From: Acidobacteriota bacterium | GTDB lineage: Bacteria > Acidobacteriota > Blastocatellia > Pyrinomonadales > Pyrinomonadaceae | Assembly: GCA_040006215.1 (NCBI GenBank) | Contig: JBDTXM010000001.1 | Coordinates: forward strand, 1 to 39,429 | Direction of reading: 5' to 3' | DNA length: 39,429 nucleotides | Shown: one piece after another, positions 30,996-39,429 of the stretch | How positions within the stretch are numbered: position 1 is the first letter of the stretch | Layout of the letters: the number at the start of each line of letters is the position of its first letter | Program-made: the position numbers and the translations under genes | Notes under the pieces: model-generated | What the model saw: the letters and a program-made list of their open reading frames with translations, nothing else | Database searches by the model: none | Told to the model about the DNA's origin: nothing

Positions 30996-32204
30996 ATGAC
31001 GGAAACGAAGCCGTTCCGGGCGGACCTGATGAATACCGTTGCTTTTTTGCAAAATGCCGCAAAGAAGGGAAGCCTTCTCCTCCGTCTGATCCGCGCCGCC
31101 CAGCCGATATCGCGGACCGAGATCGCATCCCGCCTAGGAATTGACAAAAGCACGGTCACGGAAAACGTCAAACCCCTGATCGCGGCAGGAATAATCCGGG
31201 AAGAAACGATAGCGAGCGAGAGCCAGGGCCGGCGGGTACGCGTTCTCTCGTTTGCCGAAGATGGCGGCTATTTCATCGGGGTCAACCTCGGCGTCAGGCG
31301 ATCGCAGGTCGGCTGCACTACTCTTCGCGGAGAGATCACCGACGAAGAGGATTTTGAAACGCCGGCGGATGCAAAGATGGCTTTGATCCAGACCCGTCGT
31401 CGCATCCGGGAGATCGTCGATCGTCGCAAAGGCGAAAAACTCAAATATATTGGAGTCAGTGTTCCGGGCATGACCGACACGCAGCGGCAGACCTTGATCT
31501 TCGCGCCGAATCTAGATTGGCGAAACGTCGATATAGCAAAGGACTTTAGTGTCCGCAGCGGTGTCAAGGTTGTCGTTGAAAACGATTCGACAGCGGCGGC
31601 CATGTATGAGGCAAGGTTAAAGATCCGCGGTTCTGAAGACGGCCTTCTCACAAATTTCATACTCGTCCGCTCTGGCACCGGCATCGGTGTGGGGCTGATC
31701 ATAGGCAGCGAAGTTTATCGTGGATCAGGCCTCGGCCGCGGAATCGCCGGAGAGTTTGGCCATATGACTATCGTTGCGGGCGGCAAGCAGTGCGTCTGCG
31801 GAAATCGAGGCTGCTGGGAAAAATACGCTTCGGCCGCTTCGGCCGCTTCGCTCTACATTGGGGATAGGCCGCTGAGGCGAGGTGAATCGATGCCTCGATT
31901 TGTCGAGATCGTCGCCCGCGCAGCCAACGGCGAGGTCAGGTCGAAGAAGACGTTGGAAATGATCGGTGATTACCTAGGGATCGGGATCGCAAACGTCATC
32001 ATGGGCGTCGGTGTTCCGAGGGTGATAATAAGCGGCCGTCTCGTTTACGCCTGGGATTTTATCAAGGAGCCGCTTAACGCCGCCATCAAGCGAAGTATCA
32101 TCGGAAAGATCGACGGGTGGTCGGTCGAAGCTGGTGAGCCAGCCGGTGCGGCGATCGGCGGAGCGTTGGAAGTGGCGGTCGAGGAATATCTGGCAAGTGT
32201 CTAG
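30996..32204 (+). CDS. ROK family transcriptional regulator
   Basis: N-terminal wHTH (ISRTEIASRLGIDKSTVTENVKPL). The ROK sugar-kinase-like domain carries the zinc motif GHMTIVAGGKQCVCGNRGCWEKYAS. Confidence 0.88.
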   Translation: MTETKPFRADLMNTVAFLQNAAKKGSLLLRLIRAAQPISRTEIASRLGIDKSTVTENVKPLIAAGIIREETIASESQGRRVRVLSFAEDGGYFIGVNLGVRRSQVGCTTLRGEITDEEDFETPADAKMALIQTRRRIREIVDRRKGEKLKYIGVSVPGMTDTQRQTLIFAPNLDWRNVDIAKDFSVRSGVKVVVENDSTAAAMYEARLKIRGSEDGLLTNFILVRSGTGIGVGLIIGSEVYRGSGLGRGIAGEFGHMTIVAGGKQCVCGNRGCWEKYASAASAASLYIGDRPLRRGESMPRFVEIVARAANGEVRSKKTLEMIGDYLGIGIANVIMGVGVPRVIISGRLVYAWDFIKEPLNAAIKRSIIGKIDGWSVEAGEPAGAAIGGALEVAVEEYLASV

Positions 32205-32221
32205 GAAAATAATAATTTGAT

Positions 32222-33055
32222 ATGCAAGCACAAATTCAATTTGAGAAGATCGATCCATCAACCTGCGTCGTTAAAGGCACGAACAAGATCAAAGGACGAA
32301 CGCGCTCCGTTTCGCCCGGAGTTACGGCATCTCGAAATCTTTTTTATGGCCGGATCATATTAGAAGCCGGCGATGCTCCGATAGTTTTCGAAAGCGCGGA
32401 TCACGAAACTGGCCTGATCTGCCTGAACGGTTCCGGTAAGGTGGCCACTGGCGGCGAGACCTTTACTCTTAGGCGGTACGATTCCCTGTATATTCCGCGT
32501 GATTCTACGGTAGAAGTGTCGTGCGAAAACGCATTCGATCTGGCAGAACTGTCGTCGCCTGTCGAAAATAAGTATCCGCTTCAATTTATCGCTTTCGAGC
32601 AGATCCGAACGGATTCGGCCCTTCATTTTACGGCCGGAAAACCGCCCACTGAACGCGATCTGAATATTCTCATTGGAAAGAACGTTAAAGCCGGACGCAT
32701 CATGGCGGGCGTCACGTTCTCTTCCGAGGGAAACTGGACCTCTTGGCCCCCGCACGAACACGAGAACCTGCTCGAGGAAGCCTATCTTTACATCGACATG
32801 CCAGATCCGCAATGGGGTATTCAGCTCGTTTACACCGACCGCAATGAACCCGAACTCGTCCAGGTCGTTCATGAAGGCGATGTGGTCTTGATGCCGCAGG
32901 GTTATCATCCCAACGTCGCCGCTCCGGGCGGCTCGATAAATTTCCTTTGGATGATGGCGGCCAATCGCGAAGGCGTTGACAGGCAGTTCGGCGTTGTTAA
33001 TGTTCAGCCCGAATATGCCACAGGCGTTTCGGGCTTGGAAGCTTCTCATAAATAA
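32222..33055 (+). CDS. KduI/IolB-family cupin isomerase, IolB-like (5-deoxy-glucuronate isomerase type)
   Basis: GNWTSWPPHEHENLLEEAYLY...VYTD...MPQGYHP matches my recollection of B. subtilis IolB (GNWSSYPPHKHD...EEVYY...VYTD...VPAGYHP) much better than that of E. coli KduI. Confidence 0.78.
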   Translation: MQAQIQFEKIDPSTCVVKGTNKIKGRTRSVSPGVTASRNLFYGRIILEAGDAPIVFESADHETGLICLNGSGKVATGGETFTLRRYDSLYIPRDSTVEVSCENAFDLAELSSPVENKYPLQFIAFEQIRTDSALHFTAGKPPTERDLNILIGKNVKAGRIMAGVTFSSEGNWTSWPPHEHENLLEEAYLYIDMPDPQWGIQLVYTDRNEPELVQVVHEGDVVLMPQGYHPNVAAPGGSINFLWMMAANREGVDRQFGVVNVQPEYATGVSGLEASHK

Positions 33056-33062
33056 ACGATGT

Positions 33063-33827
33063 ATGATCCTTGATAAATTCAAGCTTGACGGTAAGACTGC
33101 GCTTGTTACGGGTTCGGCGTCCGGCATCGGCCAGGCTTGCGCAATCGCTTTGGCGGAAGCCGGCGCTGACATCGCTTGTCACTGTCGAAAATCGGGTGAC
33201 GCCGCGGATACAATCACCACGATACAGAACCTCGGCCGCAAAGGGTTCGAAGTTACAGGTGATATGGCGGACAAGGGCGCGCCTGTCACAGTCGTCGAGT
33301 CTACGATCGCCGAATTCGGAAATCTGGACATTCTCATAAATAACGCCGGCATGATCCGACGTGCGCCTGCCATTGACTACAGCGAAGACGACTGGGCGAC
33401 TGTGATCGAGGTAAATCTGTCGAGCATCTTCCGGCTTTCGCAGGCTGCGGGCAGGCACATGACTGAGCGTGGCTCCGGAAAAATTGTTAATATTGCATCG
33501 CTGCTTTCGTTTCAGGGTGGGATTACGGTCCCGGCATACACGGCTTCGAAGTCCGGTGTCGCTGGCCTGACAAAAGCCCTCGCAAATGAATGGGCGAAAT
33601 TCAACGTAAACGTAAACGCCATAGCTCCGGGTTATATGGCGACTAAGAATACTGCGGCGCTTCGAGCGGATGAGAACCGGAATCGTCAGATAATGGAGCG
33701 GATACCCGCCGGCCGATGGGGTTCGCCAGATGATCTGGCCGGAGCGGCGGTTTTTCTATCGTCCGCGGCGAGCGCTTATATGCAGGGGCATATTTTGATC
33801 GTTGATGGCGGATGGATGGCGAGGTAA
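33063..33827 (+). CDS. kduD: 2-dehydro-3-deoxy-D-gluconate 5-dehydrogenase (SDR)
   Basis: MILDKFKLDGKTALVTGSASGIGQ is a typical KduD N-terminus. NNAG and YTASKSGVAGLTKALANEWA are also present. The ATG at 33063 follows the upstream stop; the track ORF start (32976) overlaps the previous gene. Confidence 0.85.
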   Translation: MILDKFKLDGKTALVTGSASGIGQACAIALAEAGADIACHCRKSGDAADTITTIQNLGRKGFEVTGDMADKGAPVTVVESTIAEFGNLDILINNAGMIRRAPAIDYSEDDWATVIEVNLSSIFRLSQAAGRHMTERGSGKIVNIASLLSFQGGITVPAYTASKSGVAGLTKALANEWAKFNVNVNAIAPGYMATKNTAALRADENRNRQIMERIPAGRWGSPDDLAGAAVFLSSAASAYMQGHILIVDGGWMAR

Positions 33828-33862
33828 AGTCGAGAGGCAGAAGGATATAGGCGAAAGAGGGA

Positions 33863-34957
33863 ATGCTTAAGATCAAATCGAAAGAAGAATGCGAATGGGA
33901 TATCGTCAGCCTCGGCGAAGTAATGCTGCGGCTCGACCCAGGTGACAAGCGTGTTCACACAACACGCTCGTTCGAGGTCTGGGAAGGTGGCGGCGAATAC
34001 AATGTTGCGCGCGGTCTCAAACGCTGCTTCGGCCTCGATGCTGCTGTCGTAACGGCGTTCGCCGACAACCCGGTCGGCCGCCTCGTGCAGGACCTGATCT
34101 ACCAGGGCGGCGTCGATCAGTCGCACGTAAAGTGGGTCAAATATGACGGCGTCGGCCGTACCGTGCGCAACGGCATGAACTTTACCGAGCGCGGCTTTGG
34201 AGTGCGCTCTGCATTGGGTTGTTCCGATCGTGGACATACTGCCGTTTCGCAATTGAAAAAAGGCGACATCGATTGGGAAAAGATCTTTGGCGAAGAAGGC
34301 TCGCGATGGTTTCACACCGGCGGCATCTTTTGTGCACTCTCCGAATCGACCCCCGATGTCGCCAAAGAAGCGATGGAGATCGCTAAGAAACACGGCACGA
34401 TCATCTCCTACGACCTTAATTACCGCGACTCGCTCTGGAAATCCATCGGCGGCCAGGCCACGGCGCAGGAAGTTAACCGCGATCTCGCCCAATACGTCGA
34501 TGTAATGATCGGCAACGAGGAAGATTTCACAGCCTGCCTCGGTTATGAAGTCGAGGGCCAGGATGAACACCACTCGAAACTCGATATCGTAAATTTCGAG
34601 AAGATGATCCGGCGTGCGGTCACAGACTTTCCGAATTTTGCCGTAGCGGCAACCACACTTCGTAATGCAAAAACAGCGTCGGTTAACGATTGGGGAGCTG
34701 TGTGCTTTACGGAAGGGCAATTGTTCCAGGCGATCATGCGGCCTGATCTCGACATCTTTGACCGTGTCGGCGGCGGCGATTCGTTCGCGTCGGGCTTGAT
34801 CTATGGATTTCTGACCGGTGAATCACCTGAGTGGGCCGTCAACTGCGGAGCCGCTCACGGTGCGCTCGCAATGACAACGCCCGGCGACACAACAACCGTC
34901 GGACTCTCCGATGTTCTGAGAGTAATGAAAGGCGGAGGAGCCCGCGTGGCGCGATAA
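33863..34957 (+). CDS. kdgK: 2-dehydro-3-deoxygluconokinase (PfkB family sugar kinase)
   Basis: PfkB motifs GGGEYNVA and DRVGGGDSFASG. An SD AAGAGGGA lies upstream. It is positioned between kduD and eda. Confidence 0.82.
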   Translation: MLKIKSKEECEWDIVSLGEVMLRLDPGDKRVHTTRSFEVWEGGGEYNVARGLKRCFGLDAAVVTAFADNPVGRLVQDLIYQGGVDQSHVKWVKYDGVGRTVRNGMNFTERGFGVRSALGCSDRGHTAVSQLKKGDIDWEKIFGEEGSRWFHTGGIFCALSESTPDVAKEAMEIAKKHGTIISYDLNYRDSLWKSIGGQATAQEVNRDLAQYVDVMIGNEEDFTACLGYEVEGQDEHHSKLDIVNFEKMIRRAVTDFPNFAVAATTLRNAKTASVNDWGAVCFTEGQLFQAIMRPDLDIFDRVGGGDSFASGLIYGFLTGESPEWAVNCGAAHGALAMTTPGDTTTVGLSDVLRVMKGGGARVAR

Positions 34958-34958
34958 T

Positions 34959-35609
34959 ATGAATAAAGCGGACATCGTAAAACAGATCGAAGATATTGGC
35001 CTTGTCCCGGTCGTACGCGCCTCTTCGGCCGACGAGGCGATGCAGGTGATCGAAGCGATCAAAGCCGGCGGAGTGACCGTACTTGAGATCACGATGACCG
35101 TGCCTGGCGCAGTAAGGGTGATAGAAAAGGTCGCCGACAAATACGGCAGTGATGTTCTGGTCGGAGCCGGAACGGTGCTCGACCCCGAAACTGCGCGAAC
35201 ATGCCTGCTGGCCGGAGCTCAGTTCATTGTCAGCCCGGCGTTAAATCTCGATACGATCGCTTTGTGCCATCGATACAGTGCTCCCATTTGTCCCGGTGTA
35301 TTGACCCCGACAGAGGTTATTACCGCGTGGAGTGCAGGCGTTGATTTCGTAAAGGTTTTTCCTTGCGGTTCGGTCGGGGGCGCGAGCTATGTAAAGAATC
35401 TGAAAGGACCGTTCCCGCAAGTCAAGATCATCCCGACCGGCGGCGTTTCATTGAAGACCGCTGCCGATTTTATAAAAGCCGGTGCGAGTGCCTTGGGTGT
35501 AGGGACCGACCTCGTCGACGTCAAAGCGATTCGCGGAGGCGAAGCTCACGTTGTTACCGAACGCGCGAAACAGTTTCTCGAAATAGTTCGCGAGGCCCGT
35601 AGCTCTTGA
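34959..35609 (+). CDS. eda: KDPG / 4-hydroxy-2-oxoglutarate aldolase
   Basis: 216 aa. It shows PVVR, LEITM, GAGTVL, the Schiff-base Lys context VKVFP, and IPTGGVS. Confidence 0.9.
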   Translation: MNKADIVKQIEDIGLVPVVRASSADEAMQVIEAIKAGGVTVLEITMTVPGAVRVIEKVADKYGSDVLVGAGTVLDPETARTCLLAGAQFIVSPALNLDTIALCHRYSAPICPGVLTPTEVITAWSAGVDFVKVFPCGSVGGASYVKNLKGPFPQVKIIPTGGVSLKTAADFIKAGASALGVGTDLVDVKAIRGGEAHVVTERAKQFLEIVREARSS

Positions 35610-35644
35610 GATATTTGTGAGAATTTTTTCTGATCAGACAGGAA

Positions 35645-35977
35645 CTAACCGCCGCTTGATCTCATGATCTCATCGATCGCGGCCTTGTGCTCATCGGTAA
35701 GCTCGGTAAATTGGATCCCGAAGCCCATGTTTTCCATTACGTACGCGACAGTACCCGTGAAGCTTAGCGTATTCCCTGACCGGTCCCGTATATCGAAGCA
35801 AACCTCTTCGCCCTCACGAGCCGGCGCTATCGTATCTATATAACAACCTCCGGTACTCACATCACTGATCCTTGCTCCGCGGGTGCCCGACTCGGACTGG
35901 ATCATGACCTCGGTATAAAAGGGAATCCTTTCGTTCTGTCTAGGCAAGGTCATAGATTTAGCCGCACGGCGTTCCAT
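35645..35977 (-). CDS. Stand-alone PilZ domain protein
   Basis: RQNER (RxxxR) followed by DVSTGG (DxSxxG), the c-di-GMP binding signature of PilZ domains. An alternative start is the ATG at 35953. Confidence 0.75.
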   Translation of the reverse strand: MERRAAKSMTLPRQNERIPFYTEVMIQSESGTRGARISDVSTGGCYIDTIAPAREGEEVCFDIRDRSGNTLSFTGTVAYVMENMGFGIQFTELTDEHKAAIDEIMRSSGG

Positions 35978-36050
35978 ACGTATAGGCTAGTTTGCTACAA
36001 ACGATACTAATGGGCAATAACAAAAACTTTGGCTAGAAAGAATGGGGTGT

Positions 36051-37427
36051 CTATTTCCCGATACAAAAGGTCGCAAAGATCCGAGTCAGCATGTCCTCAG
36101 TTGTTGTCTCGCCAGTGATCTCACCGAGATAGCGGAGGGCGTTGTGCAGGCCGATCAGAACGATCTCCTCGCTCATTTTTTGATCTAGTTGGTCGAGCGA
36201 CTGTCGGATCTCATCCTCGGCACGGACGAGAAGATCGTGGTGCCGCGCGTCGCTGACCAAAAAGCCCGAACCAGAAATATCGTTCGCTTTAAATGGGTCG
36301 ATGAACACCTTCTGTAGTTCTGCCAGCCCTTGCCCGGTCTTTGCGGAAACGAGGGCGATCGGGGATGAAGCAGGTAGGTTGGTTTTGAAATGTGAAGCAC
36401 ATTCCTCGATCTCCGTACCTATCTTGTCGAGCTTATTTATTGCGACCAGATGCTCAATGCCGGAAACGCTTTCAAGAATCTCAAGATCTTCGCGAGTTAC
36501 TTTTTCCGACGCATCCATTACGACCACCACCAGATCCGCGTCGGACATAGTGCGTTTCGATCGTTCGACACCAATGTTTTCTACGGGGTCTGTTGTTTCC
36601 CGTAGACCGGCGGTGTCGATCAGACGGATTGGAATATTCTCGACGACAAATCGTTCGCGTATCTGATCCCTGGTCGTGCCAGCGATCTCGGTGACGATGG
36701 CCCGGTCACTCCCGAGAAGCGCATTGAAAAGGCTCGATTTACCAACATTCGGACGTCCGACCAGAGCAACCCTCAGACCTTCGCGAATCAGCTTTCCCGC
36801 CTGAAATGTCGATGCGATCGTTCCGATTTTTCTATTGATCTCGTGAAGGCTCCGCTTGACGTTTTCTCCTTGTAAAAGGGGAAGATCGTCCTCCACAAAC
36901 TCCAGAGCAGATTCGAGCACGACGATCACATCCAGAAGTTCGTCTTTGATCGGCTTCAGCTCATTTGAAAATTCGCCGCTGAGCTGGCGGATCGCCTGTC
37001 GGGCCGAAGCCGTAGTCTGCGCCTCGATCAGGTCACGGATCGCCTCCGCCTGCGCTAAATTCAGTCGCCCGTTCCCAAGTGCCCGCAGTGAGAATTCACC
37101 CGCCTCGGCCATTCTGGCTTTCATTTGCAGACAGAGATCTATTACCTGGCGCAATATTACCGGCGAGCCGTGACAGCTTATCTCGATGACATCTTCGCCA
37201 GTAAAAGAATACGGCTGTCGGAAATAGGTTACGATGGCCTCGTCTATGAGATCATTTGTGAATGGGTCGTGGAGCTGCCTGAGAATCGCTTCGCGTGGAG
37301 AAGGCGCAAATAGCGGATCATTAACCAGTTTTCTGGTGATGGCCAATGCCTCGTTTCCGCTCAGTCGGACCACACCTATGCCGCTGCGGCCGGTAGGTGT
37401 TGCGAGTGCGACTATCGTTTCCGGCAT
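36051..37427 (-). CDS. mnmE: tRNA uridine-5-carboxymethylaminomethyl modification GTPase MnmE
   Basis: N-terminus MPETIVALATPTGRSGIGVVRLSG, with G1 GRPNVGKSS, G3 DTAGLR, G4 NKLD and the C-terminal CIGK. I prefer the ATG at 37427 over the TTG at 37436 used by the track. Confidence 0.93.
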   Translation of the reverse strand: MPETIVALATPTGRSGIGVVRLSGNEALAITRKLVNDPLFAPSPREAILRQLHDPFTNDLIDEAIVTYFRQPYSFTGEDVIEISCHGSPVILRQVIDLCLQMKARMAEAGEFSLRALGNGRLNLAQAEAIRDLIEAQTTASARQAIRQLSGEFSNELKPIKDELLDVIVVLESALEFVEDDLPLLQGENVKRSLHEINRKIGTIASTFQAGKLIREGLRVALVGRPNVGKSSLFNALLGSDRAIVTEIAGTTRDQIRERFVVENIPIRLIDTAGLRETTDPVENIGVERSKRTMSDADLVVVVMDASEKVTREDLEILESVSGIEHLVAINKLDKIGTEIEECASHFKTNLPASSPIALVSAKTGQGLAELQKVFIDPFKANDISGSGFLVSDARHHDLLVRAEDEIRQSLDQLDQKMSEEIVLIGLHNALRYLGEITGETTTEDMLTRIFATFCIGK

Positions 37428-37445
37428 AAAAATCAAAACGGGATC

Positions 37446-37491
37446 GATAGGATATGCGGGAATCTCGCCCTAGATCCCTGCCGATCCTATC
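37446..37491 (-). other. Extended imperfect hairpin in the jag-mnmE spacer
   Basis: The outer 8-bp stem pairs GATAGGAT (37446-53) with ATCCTATC (37484-91). The inner stem pairs GGGA(A)TCT with AGATCCC. On the minus strand it is followed by GATCCCGTTTTGATTTTT and then the mnmE ATG. Confidence 0.35.
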
Positions 37492-37513
37492 CATTCCTAC
37501 CATGAATTCTTAA

Positions 37514-38029
37514 TTATTTCAGTCGGACCTGCAATCGGCGGTCGCGGCCATCGCCAACTGATTCGGTCGCAAGGTCTTCCTCAGTTTGTAGGGTAAGGTG
37601 GATGATTCGTCGCTCGGTCGAATTGAGCACCCCAAAAGTAAAGGGTCGCGCGTTTTTTCGAACCTGGTCGGCCGCAAAATGCGCCATCGCCCTTAACTCC
37701 GACTTGCGTGTCTGACGAAAGCCTTCAGCGTCGACCACGATGCGGTGTGCGCGATCGAGTTCTCGTCCGTAAGCTTGAAATAGCAATACCTCAAACGCAT
37801 CAAGAAGCTCGCCGTTTTCAGCGAGAGCAAAATGAGCATCTTCACCGCTCAAATTCAGCAGACAGCCTTCATCTGTCCATTCGCCGGAAACCTTTAGATC
37901 GAACCCGAGGTCCCCGATCACATCGGACAAAAACTTCTCTGCGTTTTGGCAAGTCTCGTTCATACAAAGTGAAAAGGTCACGAAAAGGAAAAGCTGGAAA
38001 AAGTCGACGCGGAGAAAAGTTTTTCCCAT
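37514..38029 (-). CDS. Jag/KhpB-like R3H domain RNA-binding protein (short form)
   Basis: The C-terminal R3H region is FTFGVLNSTERRIIHLTL. It occupies the conserved position between yidC and mnmE. The first 22 codons (MGKTFLRVDFFQLFLFVTFSLC) look non-native, so the ATG at 37963 is a plausible true start. Confidence 0.75.
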   Translation of the reverse strand: MGKTFLRVDFFQLFLFVTFSLCMNETCQNAEKFLSDVIGDLGFDLKVSGEWTDEGCLLNLSGEDAHFALAENGELLDAFEVLLFQAYGRELDRAHRIVVDAEGFRQTRKSELRAMAHFAADQVRKNARPFTFGVLNSTERRIIHLTLQTEEDLATESVGDGRDRRLQVRLK

Positions 38030-38044
38030 TTACCCGCTTCTACT

Positions 38045-39429
38045 TCAGGAGGTTCCGAGGTTCGGCTTCACCTTTTTCGCGCTCGCGGGCACACTTTCTA
38101 CCACCTCGGTAGTCGGCGGCGTATTTTTCTTATTAAGCCGGTTGATCACCATCTGCTGGCCAAAGCTGACTATGTTCCCGAAGAACCAATACAGCAGTAA
38201 ACCCGACGGGGCCGACCACATGACCCACAGCATCATGATCGGCATAAAATAAGTCATCATTTTCTGCTGCATTTGCTGTTCCGGCGTGATGGTCGCCGCC
38301 TGAGGGGTGAACTTCATTGACAGGATCATTGAGAGGGCAAAGCCGAATTCCAGGATGTGGAATGGGTCGGCGGCGGAGAGGTCGGGGAGCCACATGAAGG
38401 TTGCCTGGCGAATGTCGAGCGAGACGGTGACGGCGGTGTAGAATGCGATCAGCAGGGGGAACTGCAGCAGCATGGGGAGGCATCCGCCGATGGGCAGAGC
38501 GTCCTTGGTCATCTTTAGCTGCTCCATCTGGAGAGCACGCATTCGCGGGTCGTCGGCCGGCACGCCCTTCTTTTGCAGGTCTTTGATCCTGTCCTGGATG
38601 TCCTTCATCTTCGGAGCATTTCCCGAAGCCTTCTTAAAGGACCGCGACTGCGACCAGCGCAGCGGGAACAGGAGCATGTAGAACAGGAAAGTAAAGACGA
38701 TGATCGCGATGCCGTAATTGCCGGTCAGGCCGTAGAAGAAATTGAGCGACCAAAGGATCGGGATGGCAATGCGCGACGTTATCGGCCGGATCACCGTCCA
38801 ATTGCTGAAATTGATCAGCGGGATGATGTCCACCGAGCGGCCGACGGCTGACGACAGCGTGTCGTTGTAGCTCTTCAGCGCGAAATAATCTTTCGTTCCC
38901 GTGTAGATCTTGGTTACGGAGCCATCGGCCTGGATCGGGAGATACGCCGTTATAAAATGCCGCGTCTCACTGGTTTTCTTGGGACCGCTGATCCAGTTTA
39001 TTATGCCGTCGTGGTATGGCTCGGTAGGGAATTCGTATTTCGAAGCGTGATATTCCAACCCCTGCGCAGGCTGAGAAGGTATCGCGGCCATCGCGAAATA
39101 GGCATCGGCGACACCGGCCCAATCGCTCTTGCCAGGAACGGCCACCGTGCTTTGGTTATTCGCGTCAAAAGTAAACGAAGCACCAGGATGGCGGAATACC
39201 GAATCGTCCGAATAAGCTATCGCTTCCGATTCAATGTGATAGAAGCTGTGATGAACGATGCCCTGGTCGCCCACGCTCGCTCCGATCAGCAGCTTGGTGT
39301 TCGGTACCGGCTGGCCGCCCTTAGACAGACTAACTTTTAGATCCGCAAGGTAGCTGTCGGCGCGGAAAACAAAGCTCTTCTTAACCTCAACGCCGCTCGC
39401 GTCGGTCAGCGTGAAATCGATCTGTTTTT
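38045..39429 (-). CDS. yidC: Membrane protein insertase YidC (N-terminus beyond the window edge)
   Basis: It shows GIAIIVFTFLFYMLLFPL, GCLPMLLQFPLLIAFY and a basic C-terminal tail. The frame stays open from 39274 to the window end (..KQIDFTLTDASGVEVKKSFVFRADSYLADLKV..). The GTG at 39274 in the track is therefore internal. Confidence 0.92.
   Translation of the reverse strand, partial: KQIDFTLTDASGVEVKKSFVFRADSYLADLKVSLSKGGQPVPNTKLLIGASVGDQGIVHHSFYHIESEAIAYSDDSVFRHPGASFTFDANNQSTVAVPGKSDWAGVADAYFAMAAIPSQPAQGLEYHASKYEFPTEPYHDGIINWISGPKKTSETRHFITAYLPIQADGSVTKIYTGTKDYFALKSYNDTLSSAVGRSVDIIPLINFSNWTVIRPITSRIAIPILWSLNFFYGLTGNYGIAIIVFTFLFYMLLFPLRWSQSRSFKKASGNAPKMKDIQDRIKDLQKKGVPADDPRMRALQMEQLKMTKDALPIGGCLPMLLQFPLLIAFYTAVTVSLDIRQATFMWLPDLSAADPFHILEFGFALSMILSMKFTPQAATITPEQQMQQKMMTYFMPIMMLWVMWSAPSGLLLYWFFGNIVSFGQQMVINRLNKKNTPPTTEVVESVPASAKKVKPNLGTS

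Noticed and set aside
33776-34720. 314-aa minus-strand ORF antisense to kdgK. Similar long shadow ORFs occur at 32360..33172, 9249..9956, 24806..25447, 12071..12694, 12660..13175 and 5801..6268.
   Set aside because: Each is fully embedded opposite a gene with strong family motifs. They have Arg/Ser/Cys-rich, low-information composition and no recognisable motif, which is typical of antisense open frames in moderately GC-rich DNA.
35629-35638. 10-bp perfect palindrome TCTGATCAGA between the convergent eda and PilZ genes.
   Set aside because: It has no loop, so it cannot form a terminator hairpin, and no flanking U-tract lies downstream on either strand. It is short enough to occur by chance.
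1-39429. I searched for mobile elements, prophage genes, toxin-antitoxin pairs, tRNA/rRNA genes and CRISPR arrays.
   Set aside because: I saw no transposase, integrase, recombinase or phage structural motifs in any ORF, no tRNA-like T-loop in the intergenic DNA, and no multi-copy repeats. The window looks like stable chromosome, with the yidC-jag-mnmE cluster at one end.

Overview
39.4-kb tightly packed chromosomal window. By eye I found no transposase, integrase, CRISPR array, rRNA or tRNA. No database search or folding program was available, so every family call rests on motifs read from the six-frame track and the DNA.

Layout:
(i) 1-5.6 kb, minus strand: the 5' end of a Tat-signal gene, a DUF1343/NamZ-family gene, a YegP gene, and a translationally coupled sdhC-sdhA-sdhB-orf160 operon.
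(ii) 5.8-11.7 kb, plus strand: an AddB-like nuclease followed by an AddA-like UvrD helicase-nuclease.
(iii) 11.7-14.9 kb, minus strand: an ECF sigma factor followed by a membrane Ser/Thr kinase with a TPR ectodomain.
(iv) 14.87-15.54 kb: a 670-bp non-coding gap with an orphan intrinsic terminator and operator-like repeats.
(v) 15.5-35.6 kb: a roughly 20-kb pectin/hexuronate utilisation locus.
- Secreted enzymes: a CE8-PL10 fusion, GH28, CE12, GH105 with an extra domain, a cupin, and GH43.
- Regulators: a FadR-type GntR and a ROK protein.
- Minus-strand operon: SDR, M24-like protein, ExuT.
- Plus-strand operon: NagB-like protein, UxaA, ROK, IolB/KduI-type isomerase, KduD, KdgK, Eda.
(vi) 35.6-39.4 kb, minus strand: PilZ, mnmE, jag/khpB, and yidC, which is truncated by the window end.

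The best candidate for undescribed biology is the catabolic half of the pectin locus. No UxaC or UxaB homologue is visible. Three unassigned enzyme-like genes sit in the two divergent operons: an M24-fold protein with a degenerate metal site, a divergent NagB/6PGL-fold protein, and an SDR. The same AATTGGT-N3-ACCAATT palindrome occurs between these operons and upstream of the pectinase genes.

The gene content suggests an Acidobacteriota-like soil bacterium, but that is only an inference.
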